Source: Octopus bimaculoides (Eukaryota). Taken from it: a DNA stretch of 45,998 nucleotides. Shown one piece after another: positions 24,438 to 37,989 of the stretch; position 1 is the stretch's first letter; each line of letters begins with the position of its first letter. The stretch covers positions 139,321,620-139,367,617 of the forward strand of contig NC_068983.1 of assembly GCF_001194135.2 (NCBI RefSeq), given 5' to 3'. The notes below the pieces were generated by a model that had not been told where the DNA came from, made no database searches, and saw nothing but the letters and a program-made list of their open reading frames with translations. Made by a program: the position numbers and the translations under genes.

Positions 24438-25739
24438 ATGAAACAAATGAACATATAGACAGACAGATGAACAGGAGGTAGAAAGAATGTACTTGACTTG
24501 GCAACCGTGTGCATATTGACATGAAATAAAATATAAAAATATGTAAAAGTTGCACTTAGATTCGATTTAATTAGAAACGCCTATGAAGTACCGCCTTCTT
24601 ATTCTTTAAATGCTTAGAGCAAAATTCTCTTATTACAGGACTTTCATTTCAGTAAAACAGTCGTTAATATAATTTAAGAGTTCAATAATTTTATGTTCGC
24701 TGTGATAATTACGGTGAAATGCGATTTAAATATGTTAAATCTTTCGAGGCTGTAATAATATTTCTTATTCACATTTGATCATTGATTCTACATGTTAATA
24801 GACATGGAATATTAATTTGTTTAATTGCAGAATTTGCAGTGTAGATTTTTGCATGGTTGTAAATTAATCTGTAGAGTAAAACAAAATTGGATTTAATAAT
24901 TCGTATCAAAACCTATTAGCCTTTGATTTGTTTATTTCTGGATATTTTCCACTCTTTCCATATACACAGTGATTTTACACACTCATGGATATAAAACAAA
25001 CTCTAAATTGACTCTCTCTCTCGTTATAAACATATGAATTAGTAAGCTTTATATCTTTTGCATGAATAAGAGTTTAAAATGACGAGCATATATATACATC
25101 CATACATTGTACCACCCTGCAGTGCTTGTGTATGTGGGGAATGTAAATGTTTGTACTAATGATTGCTTCTTCAAAGGCATTGCCAAGAGATACTAACGTA
25201 ATTATTAATCATATCTATCTAATTCGGCTAAGAATCTGATAACCGATCGACACGTTAGCTGGAATATTCTAGAAGATACTAAAGGTAGATAAAATATATA
25301 AGCAAAGATTAAGTAAACCTGTACAAAGCAACTCGTGAATTTTTTTAAAATTTAAATCCAGTTTGCAATGTTTAAGATGAACCAAATATCATTTCTGGAA
25401 ATTAAACGGTTGATTGAAAAAGATAGATTGCACACTAGATATAGTGTCTACGTGAGCCTCTTTGTGCTCCGTATTTGGCAAAAATGTCTGAGGTAATATA
25501 CGAAAATTGATAATGACAAGTGAAGTATTTAATTTATGATGCGGTCTTTTGTTTGTCTACTAATAATTATTTTAAATGGACAAGTAAAGACCTATCAGTT
25601 GCGGGGAAATAGGACATATTAAGATATAAAAAGCTAATTGTATTTGGTTCTTATATAGTTTGAAGCAGACAGAAAGCCTCTCGATGCTGTCATACTTGAC
25701 TCAGTGAAAGATCCAAGATACTATAGTTCAAATGCAAGA

Positions 25740-25900
25740 GGACTGCATCAATATCGTCTGGTTCCTATAATAGCTAAATGGATTAGTGCAAAGCAAACTG
25801 GTGCGCCTTGCTTAAGGACAAATTGCGTTGCTCGGTACATGAATTGAATACACGAGATTATGATCATAAATCGAATGCTATAACCACGAAGCAACACGAA
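25740..25900 (-). mobile_element. SINE family C, old 5' fragment
   Basis: Degenerate match to the head of the 19375-19693 copy (TAGCTAAATGGATTAGTGCAA...CCTTGCTTAAGGACA...GAATTGAA...TAACCAC). Confidence 0.5.
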
Positions 25901-28900
25901 CCAAGATAATCATTTTAGCTGCTAAACTATGCTATGTACAGTTTTGTGACTAAATGCTTTAACAATGTTTTTATTGCTCGTCGTTTATAGTAAAAGAAAC
26001 TCATATTTTGCATAGCACGCATATTCTTCAATATCTTCAGATATCTACTAAAAATGTAACATTGCCAAAGACAAACAAGAAACGTTATTTTTTTATATCT
26101 TGCTTAGTAACCATTGGTAAAGAAATCGTATATTCAATAATTTCTAAGATATTATAGAGCCATTGCTAAATGTTAAAAGAAAATCAACGAAGCTGGATCA
26201 CTGTATATGCAACAAATGATTTAGTAGTTGGGAAATTCAAGTTGAAGAGGTGTCCAAATATGTACCTCTAAATAGATAACGATATACTAAGTTAAAACGA
26301 TGACATTTTTTAAATATATTATCGTTCCATGCTTTACGCCTTAATATGTTTTAGGTTATGAATACATTTATGTGAAGAATATGATCACAAACTGTTTCAG
26401 AGTATATAAATGGTTGAAAACTTCACAGTACTTTTGTTAACTTTTTAAAGCTAATTATAATCATATATAACATAAAGAACATAAACACACAGGAAAACAA
26501 TAACTATTTGATTTTAATTAATACCCTGTATTTCAGACATGCGTCTATGTTTGTGTTTTCATCCTTCTGATAAGAAGCTGCATGGTTAAAAACGCCTCCA
26601 GTTGGTGCGCCTCAAAATTTAAAAATGAAACAGTAAAAAAAAATAAATAAAATGAACACCGATAATACCAAATAGCATACAGTATTATTTTGTACCCTTG
26701 AACACTTTTTCAGTAAAATGAAAGCTTATTTGTTATTCAGTATTGTCGCTGATACAAACTAATATTCTATCATATTACTATAGTTAATGAAGATGGTGAA
26801 ATTGTTATTTTTGGTAAATGTTTGATAAGGAGACATCAGGCAGAAGAAAATTCATCTGCATATAAACTTGAAGAGATTCAGAAATGAAATAATTTTACCT
26901 TGATCGTAGGTATGTCAGGTTACATTTCTTGCACTATCTAACAGCATGAAAAGGAGATAATGTATATGTTGCATTCTCAGATGTTTGATATTATCACTTG
27001 ATTAGTTCCGGTGGACTGACGCTATCCTTAGTCTATCTGATATTCTTTTGTTGATATTGTGACAGCGATCATTCAAAATACGAATATGAACATAACGACC
27101 CCAGAATAGAAAGCATGGCTAACAATAACGTCAGCCTATAGTATGCAAGATTTAAGCCTAATCTGACATCGATAACACAATTACCATTCACGTGAGTTAT
27201 ATTATGCATACTATCATTCTAACTATACAAACACATCAGATATTAACTTAAAACTTGTTTACAATAACATTACACATAACGAAATAAAACTCAGCAGCGA
27301 GCGTCAAAACAAAGTAGTAATAAAATGAAGTAAATGATACATAAAAACTAATGTGTATTTTTACCAAGCACAAATCACAAGGGAAGGTATTCTGCCATAA
27401 TTAACAATGCTTACACTCAATCAACAATCAAATGCTTTTCACGCCACAGTAAAATTTGAAGCATTAAGTAGACGAAGAGCTAAAACACACGATGAACACC
27501 TCCTATCTACTTATGGTATTAGTCTCATTAAATGTATACTATAAAAGTACTGATATTTGTCAGGACGTAATCGAAGTATACATGACAAATATTACAATCA
27601 ACAAATTACTAGAATTGCAAAATCAATAAACCTGAACACTTCTCAAAATTGTAGTAATTCTTAAATAGCTAAAAATGAAAAAAAAAAGAAAATAAATAAA
27701 TATGATCATAGACATAAGTACTCTCTGTAGCAAATCCTTGAAATTTAGAAATAGAATCCTCCTTCGTATCACCAGTCGGTGCATTGATAATTCTCAATGA
27801 GCAGTCATCCAGAAATCCCGGAGAGAGAATTCCTCTTAAGGAAAAATAAATTCCAATATTAGCACAATCCTAATAACTACAGCATCAAGATACATTTCAA
27901 ATCCTTTCTCCTTTACCTATTTATAAAAAGAATACTAAATATCCGATTAAAATATTACGCGTTCCATTATGTCCAGACAAAGACAAGAAGTACATAAAAA
28001 TAAGAAGCAGAAATATCGTTATTAACGACAAAAAACCTGTGTATATTATGGGAAAAAAGAAACATGTACAGAATAACAGCCATTGTTATCCTTGTAGTGA
28101 TTCTAAATAATGGCTTAAAAACTCTGTCTCCATCACCAGATATTTAGAAAAAACGGCAGGAGAAGCTTCTGACTGGCAACCAAAATATAAAACAATGCAT
28201 ACCAATGATTGTAGAGTGGACCTCAACAAGTCAAGGGCAGAGTAAATATGAAGAGCAGGGTCTGTTAATGATAGTACCATAGATCTGCTGATTCTGAGAT
28301 AACAACAACAACAACAACAACCACAAAAGCAACAGCGAATAATTCACTAAGGAACTTCAACTACAATCTATTCTAAAGAATAATATCATTAGCCAATCAG
28401 TAGTTTAGATATTGCTTACGATTGAACGTGTATGAATCGTAATATATTTGATATTTGTCAATCACAAACAACTAATATCAGCTCTCGATTTTCTTGTTCA
28501 TCACTGAGTATATCACATTTTGTTCATCATTGACATAAATGAATAGAATTGAATTGTATTATTTATGCTGTACATTTTATCTATTTATTTATTTTTTTTG
28601 CTTACTATTTGAAGATGGAAAATATATATTTTGGTCGAATCTGTTCAGTACGAAGTAACTAAAGGAGCATTAACAATTGTATATGCACTGCAAAGGAAAG
28701 CTTGTGAGGTTGGGATGGAGAAATGGAGATAGAAATATTTGAATAGGAGAAAAATATTTAGTTTACATTTCATTAGCTGCATTAAAGATTTCAGTCAGTG
28801 AAGTTTTGTAGGGGCGGTATAGAACAGTTTCAATATATATTCTCCATTGCTGAAGCGACAACAAATATTTGAACGTCTGCGCTCAGCAATGATGTTCAAA

Positions 28901-30989
28901 TTGAAATTGTTTGGTTATTGATATCTTGAGTGAGGGTCCTTCCTCCCCGTGTTTTTTCTCGATATATGACATGGCTGAAGTAGTCCCAGTTGCGTCCATT
29001 CACAAATATTGTTGTGTATTTTGTGAGGAGAACACGCAGTTATTTGTATAGAATTCCGAGAGCATTTTAAACTGGATACTCAGTGAGTTTCTCTTTTCAT
29101 TGTTAATTAGAAAAATAACTTCATGTAAACCTATTTTATATTTTATCGTTTAGTGGTAATTGTGTCCCTGTCTGCGTTCTGGATTCGAATCCCTCAATAG
29201 CTTACTTTGGTGTAGACGTAACTAGTCACTCGATTTAACAAAATATTCTCCAGCTTTCGCTGCCTTTAGCGGAGTAAAATCTTCTAAAAGCGTTCGGTTC
29301 TGCTCATATGTTTGAGTATACCTCACTATCTCCCACCAAACTCAGCAACACCTCGACATTGAATTTAAACATAATTAAAGATAACGATAAACATTCATTT
29401 TCTATTTCAATTCAATTAAAAGCCCTACACATTCGTTTGCACAAATCGTTATACCAGTTTTTGTCGACTCGCTTTAACAAATTACTAAAGGTTATGTTAA
29501 TTAGAGTATTGGTTAGAGTATTGTTGTTGTCTGTACCACTATACTGTTACTCTATTCAGACTAATAGTAAAAAACCTATTTGACCCATATACCTAGGGCT
29601 GTAATTCCTCAACATTAATTCCTCAACACTTTGATAGTAGTAAAATGACCTGATACTACTATGAACAGTGAAACCTTTAGATTCTAATACATTTTATAGC
29701 CTTGTCCATGCATACTGCTTACACCTTCCCTCTCTTTAGAAGTAATTGTCCCTTTGCTATCACCACTAGATAAGAAACAATAAAATCTGAGACAGTAAAA
29801 ACTTTTGTCTAGAATCAATTACTAGCTTGATAGACTCGGCTATGTCAAGATGGACTTATGTATTCTTCCTCGNNNNNNNNNNNNNNNNNNNNNNNNNNNN
29901 NNNNNNNNNNNNNNNNNNNNNNNNNNNNNNNNNNNNNNNNNNNNNNNNNNNNNNNNNNNNNNNNNNNNNNNNNNNNNNNNNNNNNNNNNNNNNNNNNNNN
30001 NNNNNNNNNNNNNNNNNNNNNNNNNNNNNNNNNNNNNNNNNNNNNNNNNNNNNNNNNNNNNNNNNNNNNNNNNNNNNNNNNNNNNNNNNNNNNNNNNNNN
30101 NNNNNNNNNNNNNNNNNNNNNNNNNNNNNNNNNNNNNNNNNNNNNNNNNNNNNNNNNNNNNNNNNNNNNNNNNNNNNNTTCCTCGCATTTGGATTTTTAT
30201 GTATTCTCTCTCCCACTTGGATTTGAAATGTTGCCACATTTATAGTATGTCTTTTCTACAGTAATTTTTCTGCATTTTCGTGCAGCTGAAGATGGCTCTT
30301 CATATTGCATTTAAGGTAATGCTCGCATTACTTAAATAAATTGAAGTAGCATGAAACGTGCGTACTGCAATCACCTTTGAAATCCGTGTTGCTTATTTTC
30401 TTATTTTAATCAGCTATCCTTTTGGGATGCGATATTCGGCTGCCTACGCATAAGTACCATATTCTACCTTGAATCTATATCTAAACAGTATATATATATA
30501 TATGCACACACACAAACATACGCACATACACACGCACAAACACACACATATAACGATTAAATCTCTTTCGTTGAAATATATATCAACATTGCGTAATCTA
30601 TTTGCGAGTAAGTTGTTGACAATTTTATATAAATGGTTTATCTCAAAGTTCACAGGGTGCAAATTTATGCATTTGAAAAATATGCTGCTGGTTGTGTCTG
30701 GAAAGTTAAAGTGGCTCTGCCTTGAAGACATCTGTGGTAGTTAGATTCCTTGACTTGGTACCGAAACATTGCGAAAAGTAAACAGAAGTACGTGTGTGAA
30801 TGTTTGTGTGTGGTCAGGTAGTGCTGTGTGCGTAGGTGCAGGCAAAAGGTTCAAAACAAAATTCAACGTCAAGAGGTGAGACATGATTACAATTACTGCA
30901 CTAGCACATCACACCTAATTATTCAAATTTCAAGTTCTAGGTCACCAGATGTAGATATATATATATATATACATACATACATACATACA

Positions 30990-31079
30990 TACACCGCTAA
31001 GTTACAGGGACACAAACACACCAGCATCGGTTGTCAAGCTATGGGGTGGGGACAAACAGAAAGACACCCACACACACAA

Positions 31080-31128
<49 letters not shown>

Positions 31129-31230
31129 GACAGGCTTCGTCCAGTTTCCGTCTACCAAATCCACTCTCAAGGCTTTGGTCGGCCCCAAGGCTATAGTAAA
31201 TGACACCCATAGTGCCACGCAGGTTGGTTA
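30990..31230 (-). mobile_element. SINE family B, middle part
   Basis: GCTAAGTTACAGGGACACAAACACACCAGCATCGGTTGTCAAGC ... GGCTTCGTCCAGTTTCCGTCTACCAAATCCACTC.AAGGCTTTGGTCGGCCC.AGGCTATAGTA, with an internal (TA)n. Confidence 0.8.
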
Positions 31231-31249
31231 TATTCAAGGGAATTTAGTT

Positions 31250-31903
31250 CATACTGTTTTAGTCATACTGGAACACCACCAGGATTTTGTACTTCTTCAG
31301 GGTGGCGGGATTGCATATTCCTACACATTTCCGCCTCGCTGTTGGTCTATTTGGTGTATGAAAGAGTTTGACATTGCTGCCCTCGACTACAATTCATGCT
31401 GGGACATTGGTTCATCTGGTTTTGTGGGCAGGAGAATATCAAATTGTATTTTAAAGACATTTAGGAACAACGCTTCATAACCTTGTGTCAGAACTTTGAT
31501 GAACTGTAAGCTTTTGAAACCAAAGCTATTGGACTACCTGGCCCTGACTTCAGATAAGGCGTACTGTACCTTTCATACAATGCAGTTGTGTCCAGTTTGG
31601 GAATTTGCATAACAGCTGATACTGAAATTAGGTAGTAGCCTGTGGATTTCTCTCGACTGGAACGTTCAGAGAATCCAGTGGCACATTCTCAGGGCCATGT
31701 CAACTTCGCTGTTTATGTGGGTAGTGCATCTTATGTTATTGTCTTCAATTACACCCAAGTCTCAGATGATGTTGGATGCCACTAGAGTGTCACCTGAAGG
31801 AAAGGAATATGGGAGTTTCAGGGTATCCCCTTATCCAAACTGGATTAACACAAATTTGTCCTCATTCAGCAGCATATAACTCTTTTCCGCCCATTGGATA
31901 ACA
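31250..31903 (-). mobile_element. CR1/L2-group LINE, ORF2 C-terminal fragment
   Basis: Minus strand VIQWAEKSYMLLNEDKFVLIQFG*GDTLKLPYSFPSGDTLVASNII*DLGVIEDNNIRCTTHINSEVDMALRMCHWIL*TFQSRE matches the post-YADD W...N.M.LN..K and DLGV..D..L....HI motifs. In-frame stops present. Confidence 0.8.
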
Positions 31904-31984
31904 TCCATATGTATACATGTATATACATATTTACATAAAATATACATATATGAATACATCCATAGATAAATACAGACACACATG

Positions 31985-32138
<154 letters not shown>

Positions 32139-32263
32139 CATATCCGTATGTATGCACATATGTACATATATACTTAATATATGTATATATATATAGAAAT
32201 ATACACACTCACACGTATAAATGTCTGATTGCTTATCTATCTATCGATCGATCCATCTATCTT

Positions 32264-32308
<45 letters not shown>

Positions 32309-33226
32309 TTCTTTCTACCTATCTATTGGGATAGTGTATACTATTTGCAACATCACTGTATAGTTGAAATGATTCACCATTTCTAATTAATTTCGTTTTA
32401 ACAATTTTAATTAATAATCTATTCAATTATGTGTTGCAAGCTGTAGTACGTTAGGGACAATTGCAATGCTTTTATCCATACGTACAAATTTCATTACATA
32501 TTCTAGAGTCAATTCATCTACAGTGTACCCGTGATTCCAAGTTCAATTAATGTCAATTTCTGGTGCATTACAAGTATATAAACGCTATTCATTCATTCAG
32601 TGTGAGAGGATGACTATCACTTTGTCCATGCAATCACGCTAATCGATTGCACCCTTCATTAACAAAAGTTAGGCATTTGTTTTATTACACTGAAAGGATC
32701 TTCTAAACATTGGTATTTTAACCTTCGAGGTTTGTTGATTCAGTAAGTTGCTAGTTATGTGACAAACCGAAGAAATGTTCGTTTATTTTTTTAAAATTTT
32801 GACGCAATTAAGACATTTTGTACTTGTTGACGGTGATTATATTGCAAAATCCAATCATGTACCGTTGATAATTTTGTAATTTGTCCCTAGTCTTCACTGA
32901 TCGCACACTATGACCAAAAGCATTCCCGCTATATCCAATTTTCTTCTTAGATACTAATTTCCAATTTTTTTTTTATCCACCGTTTTAACACTTATCCTTA
33001 ACCACTAAGCCACATTCATTAAACTGACACATGCACGTGAGTGAATGTGAGTGCGTTTGTGTGTGTGATATGGATATAAGAAACATGCTATATGTATATA
33101 TACACGATTACCAACCAACATAAACAGATACATACGACAACATATTCATCAAGTGATCAACGGACGTTATATGGAGCCTCTTTCAGATGTTGATGGTATC
33201 GCAGGTAAGTTATCTATCGATAATTA

Positions 33227-34366
33227 CGAAGCTCGGCAGACACGTTTATTGACTGTCTAAGATACTCGCATGAAATGTGAACAAAAGAGTTTTAAATTTT
33301 CAACATAGTCCCTATTGCTGCTCACATACCTCCTATATCGGTGTTGCAGTGGTAGATCCCAGTGCTGAAGAAGCTTTCCTCCTGTTGGTCAATAATGTAA
33401 GTTGCAGCAGATATGACGTCATCATGCTTGTGACACTGGTTCCCAGCCAAGTATGTTTTCATATCGGGGAACAAAAGATAGTAAGATGGGTTCAATAGGG
33501 AGGGTTAACAACCAGCTCAAAGCCTCAGGCACGCACAGAAGCCATTCAGTTTTCGTTTCGTAACTGCCTCAGCAATTAGGTATTGTACTTTCCATTGATG
33601 GCATGGCATTTTTGAAGATATCCAAGAAACACAATGCCTTTTGCATCCCCCAAAAGCTAAAGCCAACATCTTCCTTACAGATGAAATGAACTTGGCCTCG
33701 TTTGAAGCAGGTGACGAGGAGTGTTTCCACTATATGGATTGTCTGTTTGTCTCAAAGGAATAAAGCCCACAAACATCCTGTGTTAGAAAATATTTAAGGA
33801 AACTACCTGGATCTGCCTCAACGTCAGATTTTCCTGTGATGTGATCAACCTGGTTCGTTTTTGAACAGGTGTCAGAAGATGTGGTACCCACCCAGCAGAA
33901 GCCTTCGTCATACCAAATCCATTGTGCAGTATATTTTCAACTTTTTCACAGGATATGCTAATAGCATTAGGTATTTGATTTATAATCAATCGCCTTTCAT
34001 CTATCTGCACGTGATGATCACAATGAATATTTACCCTGTGATATCTTCAAGACTTTCGATTTTCCTCCTAAATACAGCTGCTCTCTTTCGCACTGTTGAT
34101 ATAGCTGGAGCGCCCCCCCCCCTAATGCAGCCACCATGTCAGCAAGAATGTTCTGGTTTGCCAAACTCTTTTACTGTAGGTACTTGACTGGACGACGATG
34201 CAAAGTTTTGTGCATTTTAAGTCGCTACCAGTAACATTTTGAAGTTATCTTAGAACAGTTAGATGACAGCTTATCCGAATAAAATGAGTTGAAATTTATG
34301 CATGCAAGAATTCACAGCTTAGCATCAACTTTCATTGTCAGCGAATAAGTTCTCGGTCCACACTCG
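33227..34366 (-). mobile_element. Mariner (DD34D-type) DNA transposon, decayed, both ends present
   Basis: Minus-strand ENILHNGFGMTKASAGWVPHLLTPVQKRTRLITSQENL (WVPHxL motif) and C-terminal LLFPDMKTYLAGNQCHKHDDVISA. Probable ATG at 34215. Degenerate TIRs TA|CGAAGCTCGGCAGA... (33225) and ...GGTCCACACTCG|TA (34368), with TA duplicated at both ends. Multiple stops and frameshifts. Confidence 0.88.
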
Positions 34367-36440
34367 TACAGGAAACTGATGAGTTATTTGCTGATACACC
34401 GTGTCAAATTGCAGTTTGTATTCCAGGATCAAAATGAATATATATTAGACTAGAATCATATGAGCTTAATGCAAGAATGAGTTGGAATGAGGCTGAATCA
34501 TACAAGAGTTCATTACATTACAGAAAATACTGGTAGAAATTATGAACAAGAAAAGACCTTTGATATATAAATTTGGCATCTAATGACAGAAAAGAATGCT
34601 GATTTCTAACCACTGGTTAGAGATCTGTCTTTACTACCTCTAGCACAATAAACTCTGTTCCTCGCATTCAGTTCGTCTTTTGGTTCTTCAAGGAAAGCAC
34701 ATCATACAACATGTCTTTTCTATCCCTGTTACTATAGCTACGTTCATTTCCCCACGTCCCGCATTATGGTCTATGTACTACCGTCTCTACCCAGAATATG
34801 GTCCATAATGCATCTCCTCTATTCTTATATTTTTCATGTAGATATTAGGCTATGATACTTCAACATCAGTCTTAGAGAGCATGCAAAGCTATACGCACAG
34901 CCGTTTCATCTGGATGTAGCAAGTAGAAGCAAGGATTTCCGGTAGTTTGTATATTACGCACAGAAATTCTCGAACTTTATTAATATGAATGATTCTCAGG
35001 CTATTTTGGATTTGTTCAAATGTCTCTACCTTCATAATCAATGAAATTTATAACATTTTTTTTTTTGCATGGGTGACTGAAAAAACATGGTAGATCGTTA
35101 TTGTCCTCACCATCATTAAGCTAGCATTAAAATTTCACCCAACTATTCTTTTTTAGAATTCTATACCCGTACTCTTTTTATTGTAGCCATCATGTGGCGC
35201 TTTTACAGAAAACTAAATCAGCTACATCGATCTGTCAACTTGAAAACACCATGATCATTAGGCCTTTGACCAAACCAAATGATTAGGAAATAACTAAACA
35301 ACTTTGTAAGGTTTTAATTCGATTTCTGCTCTTAGAAAGAGAACTAAATTTCATTTGTCTCATTTGCTTAACACAAAATACCAGTTATATGTTAGAATAC
35401 GATTTATTGTGTTCGACTCACAACGTTTGGGGATTTTGTGTATAACTTAACAAGCGATGCATATTTATAATAAAATATTGCCGCAGCAAGAACTCTAGTG
35501 AAATATATTTTGTAATAACCATTAGTAAACGCAATTACCTTTAGAAATTAGTCATAATTGCATAAGTATACAGATTACAGAAGTAATGTGCAAGTATTCG
35601 TTAATAAAATGTTTCAATAACTGTTCCATTGAATGACCAATGAAGTTGAGTAATGTAACTGAGAATGAATTACCCGAAATGATCGTTAAAATTGGCTTAC
35701 AAATGTTTAGTTCGTTTCACGTGGCTATCACATAGTGTAAATATATTTTGGTATAAGTAGGCAGACAAAAATATAACTACATAGAAAATATGTAACAGAT
35801 TGGCAGTATTAATAGTATTAATCATGCTTAACTATTAATATGCTTAATTATTACTGAAGCAATAAAATCAAAAAGAGTAAATTGGAAAGAAAGGTATTAC
35901 GCAACAGAATGGGAATATTGACAAGTGTTGCGAACAAGTTGACTTGAAATTAAATTTCGATTGAATTAGTATAGTAAATATAGCTAGAAGCTCTAACTTT
36001 CGACTCTGGGGAAATTGATATTACCTCGTCAGGTAGTGCAGAAATAAACACCAGGTAGAATTAATCGGTATATTTCAGTTTTTGGATTTTGTTAAACACT
36101 ACGATTAGTTGATCGACAATTTCGAGATAAATGATAGCCAAACATGGGGGTTTGACGTCTAGAATGCTGTCAGGCACTCAAAGCTCTTCTCCTATCAAGT
36201 AATATGTCCGGTGCGGCTTCAAAAAGTTCAGCTTTGTATAATAGACACATATCAAGGGCAGCGAAGTGATATACTCGCGCAAGGTTTTGGAACTAAAAAC
36301 TGGTCTGTATAATTTCAGTTCAAACAGAACTTTACAGACACAGAAGTGCTAACAGTCTGTCAGAGATGTACGTTAGCCGTTTCGAATGCTCATTTAACTT
36401 CTCAGCATTACGGTTTTGAGAAATTGAGTCGAACATATAC

Positions 36441-36651
36441 TCTCTTCTACTCTAGGCACAAGGCCCGAAATTTTGGGGGAGGGGGACCACTCGATTAGAT
36501 AGACTCTAGTACGCAACTGGTACTTAATTTATCGACTTCGAAAGGATGAAAGGCCATGTTGACCTCGGCGGAATTTGAATTCAGAACGTGAAGATAGACG
36601 AAATATCGTGAAGCATTTCGCCCGGCGTGCTAAAGTTTCTGCCATCTCGTC
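36441..36651 (-). mobile_element. SINE family A, near full length, with target-site duplication
   Basis: Best-preserved copy. Flanked by gtcgaacatata (36428-36439) and gtcaaacatata (36649-36660), 11/12 identical. Confidence 0.9.
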
Positions 36652-37070
36652 AAACATATATTGACGTGTGTACGGCAAACCCGAATATCAACTCTAGTCC
36701 ACCATGAAACTATCTCACTGTAAAATTTCATCCTTGAATTGTATGCTTCTTTCCTGTCAGTTAGCTTTAGCGAAAGATACACAACTGTAACGTGGGCATG
36801 ACTAAAATTACTTTTCGGTGAAGTAGTTCATCTACATTTTCAGTTTTAAATGGACAGGAAAATGAGGTTAGAGAGGGACACAACAGATATTTGTTACTTA
36901 ATTTTTCTACCTAGTTTTACTATTTCCTTTAGTGCCAGAACAAAACTATGATGTATCTAAAATCTTCCACGTCGGTTTTAGTTTTCATTCTTTCGGGATT
37001 GAGATAAAAATTACCAGCTGAGCACTGGTATCGATGTAAACTTCAGACTTCGTGCTTATAGTATAAAAGA

Positions 37071-37073
<3 letters not shown>

Positions 37074-37123
<50 letters not shown>

Positions 37124-37316
37124 TTGGTCTGATTCAGGTTTGATCTTGTTCTTGGTAGGATTTATGTGGGTAGCAGGTAACTACCTGTAATCTTAGGTAT
37201 CCACAAGTTTCCAGCAGTCTTTCAAGTGCTTAGAACCCTCCTAATAATCCTTGCTGTCCCTAAGAGACACACGTTCTGTAGGAGCTCAACCGGACACTCT
37301 ATTCCAGACTCCTTCA
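37074..37316 (-). mobile_element. 3' end of an R4/Dong-like (RLE-endonuclease) non-LTR retrotransposon with (TAA)n tail
   Basis: Minus strand KESGIECPVELLQNVCLLGTARIIRRVLST* (stop at 37224-37222) matches the C-terminal QK..LLGTARILR.VL motif of RLE-type ORFs. It is followed by a 3' UTR of about 100 nt ending in (TAA)n at 37074-37123. 5'-truncated. Confidence 0.72.
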
Positions 37317-37989
37317 TTATAATTGTCATTGTCGTCGTTGTTGTTGATGTTGTTGCTGTTTATGTTTTTGTCGCTGATATTGTTTACGATGAGGATTTTG
37401 TTTGCCCCCAAAACTGAAGGTCGTTTTGGAAGCTCCGAAAGCTTGTGGTTTATTTTCCTTTTTAGTAGCCTGTTTTTGTTAATTTAATTGTGCTGCCTTG
37501 TTTGTTAGTTGGCTACAATCATAATAAACGAACCAATCGTTTTTGTTATCCGTGTTTGATACACGGAGCGTAATTTTAAAGCGAAGAACAATTTCTAAAA
37601 CCTGAAATATCAATTCTAAAATGGCGTTGTCTTTCATGTCCAAGCAGCAAGCGAAGACGCTGGAATAAGGTTAAGAAAATCCCCTTTAACTGTATTCTTC
37701 CACGCACTACTACTAAAGACTTAATAGCAATTAAAATGTTAGTACACGTAACTGTAGCAACAACAACAATAACTACACAAAGTCATTAACAGTAGTACAA
37801 GCATGCAAATAAAACTGCAACATAAACAATAGTTCAAGCAAGAACAATCATATGCCATTAAAGACGATAGTAAAATCAAGTGTTGCTGCAAATCCGGTAC
37901 TGCCAACTGTAGCGGCGCAATAAAAACCGCCGCCATCTTTATCATAAACACCTCAATGCAAATCAATAACGATAGCGATATTTTGAATC

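Noticed and set aside
29145-29205. tRNA-like AGTGGT...GGATTCGAATCCC
   Set aside because: No cloverleaf; at best a degraded SINE head.
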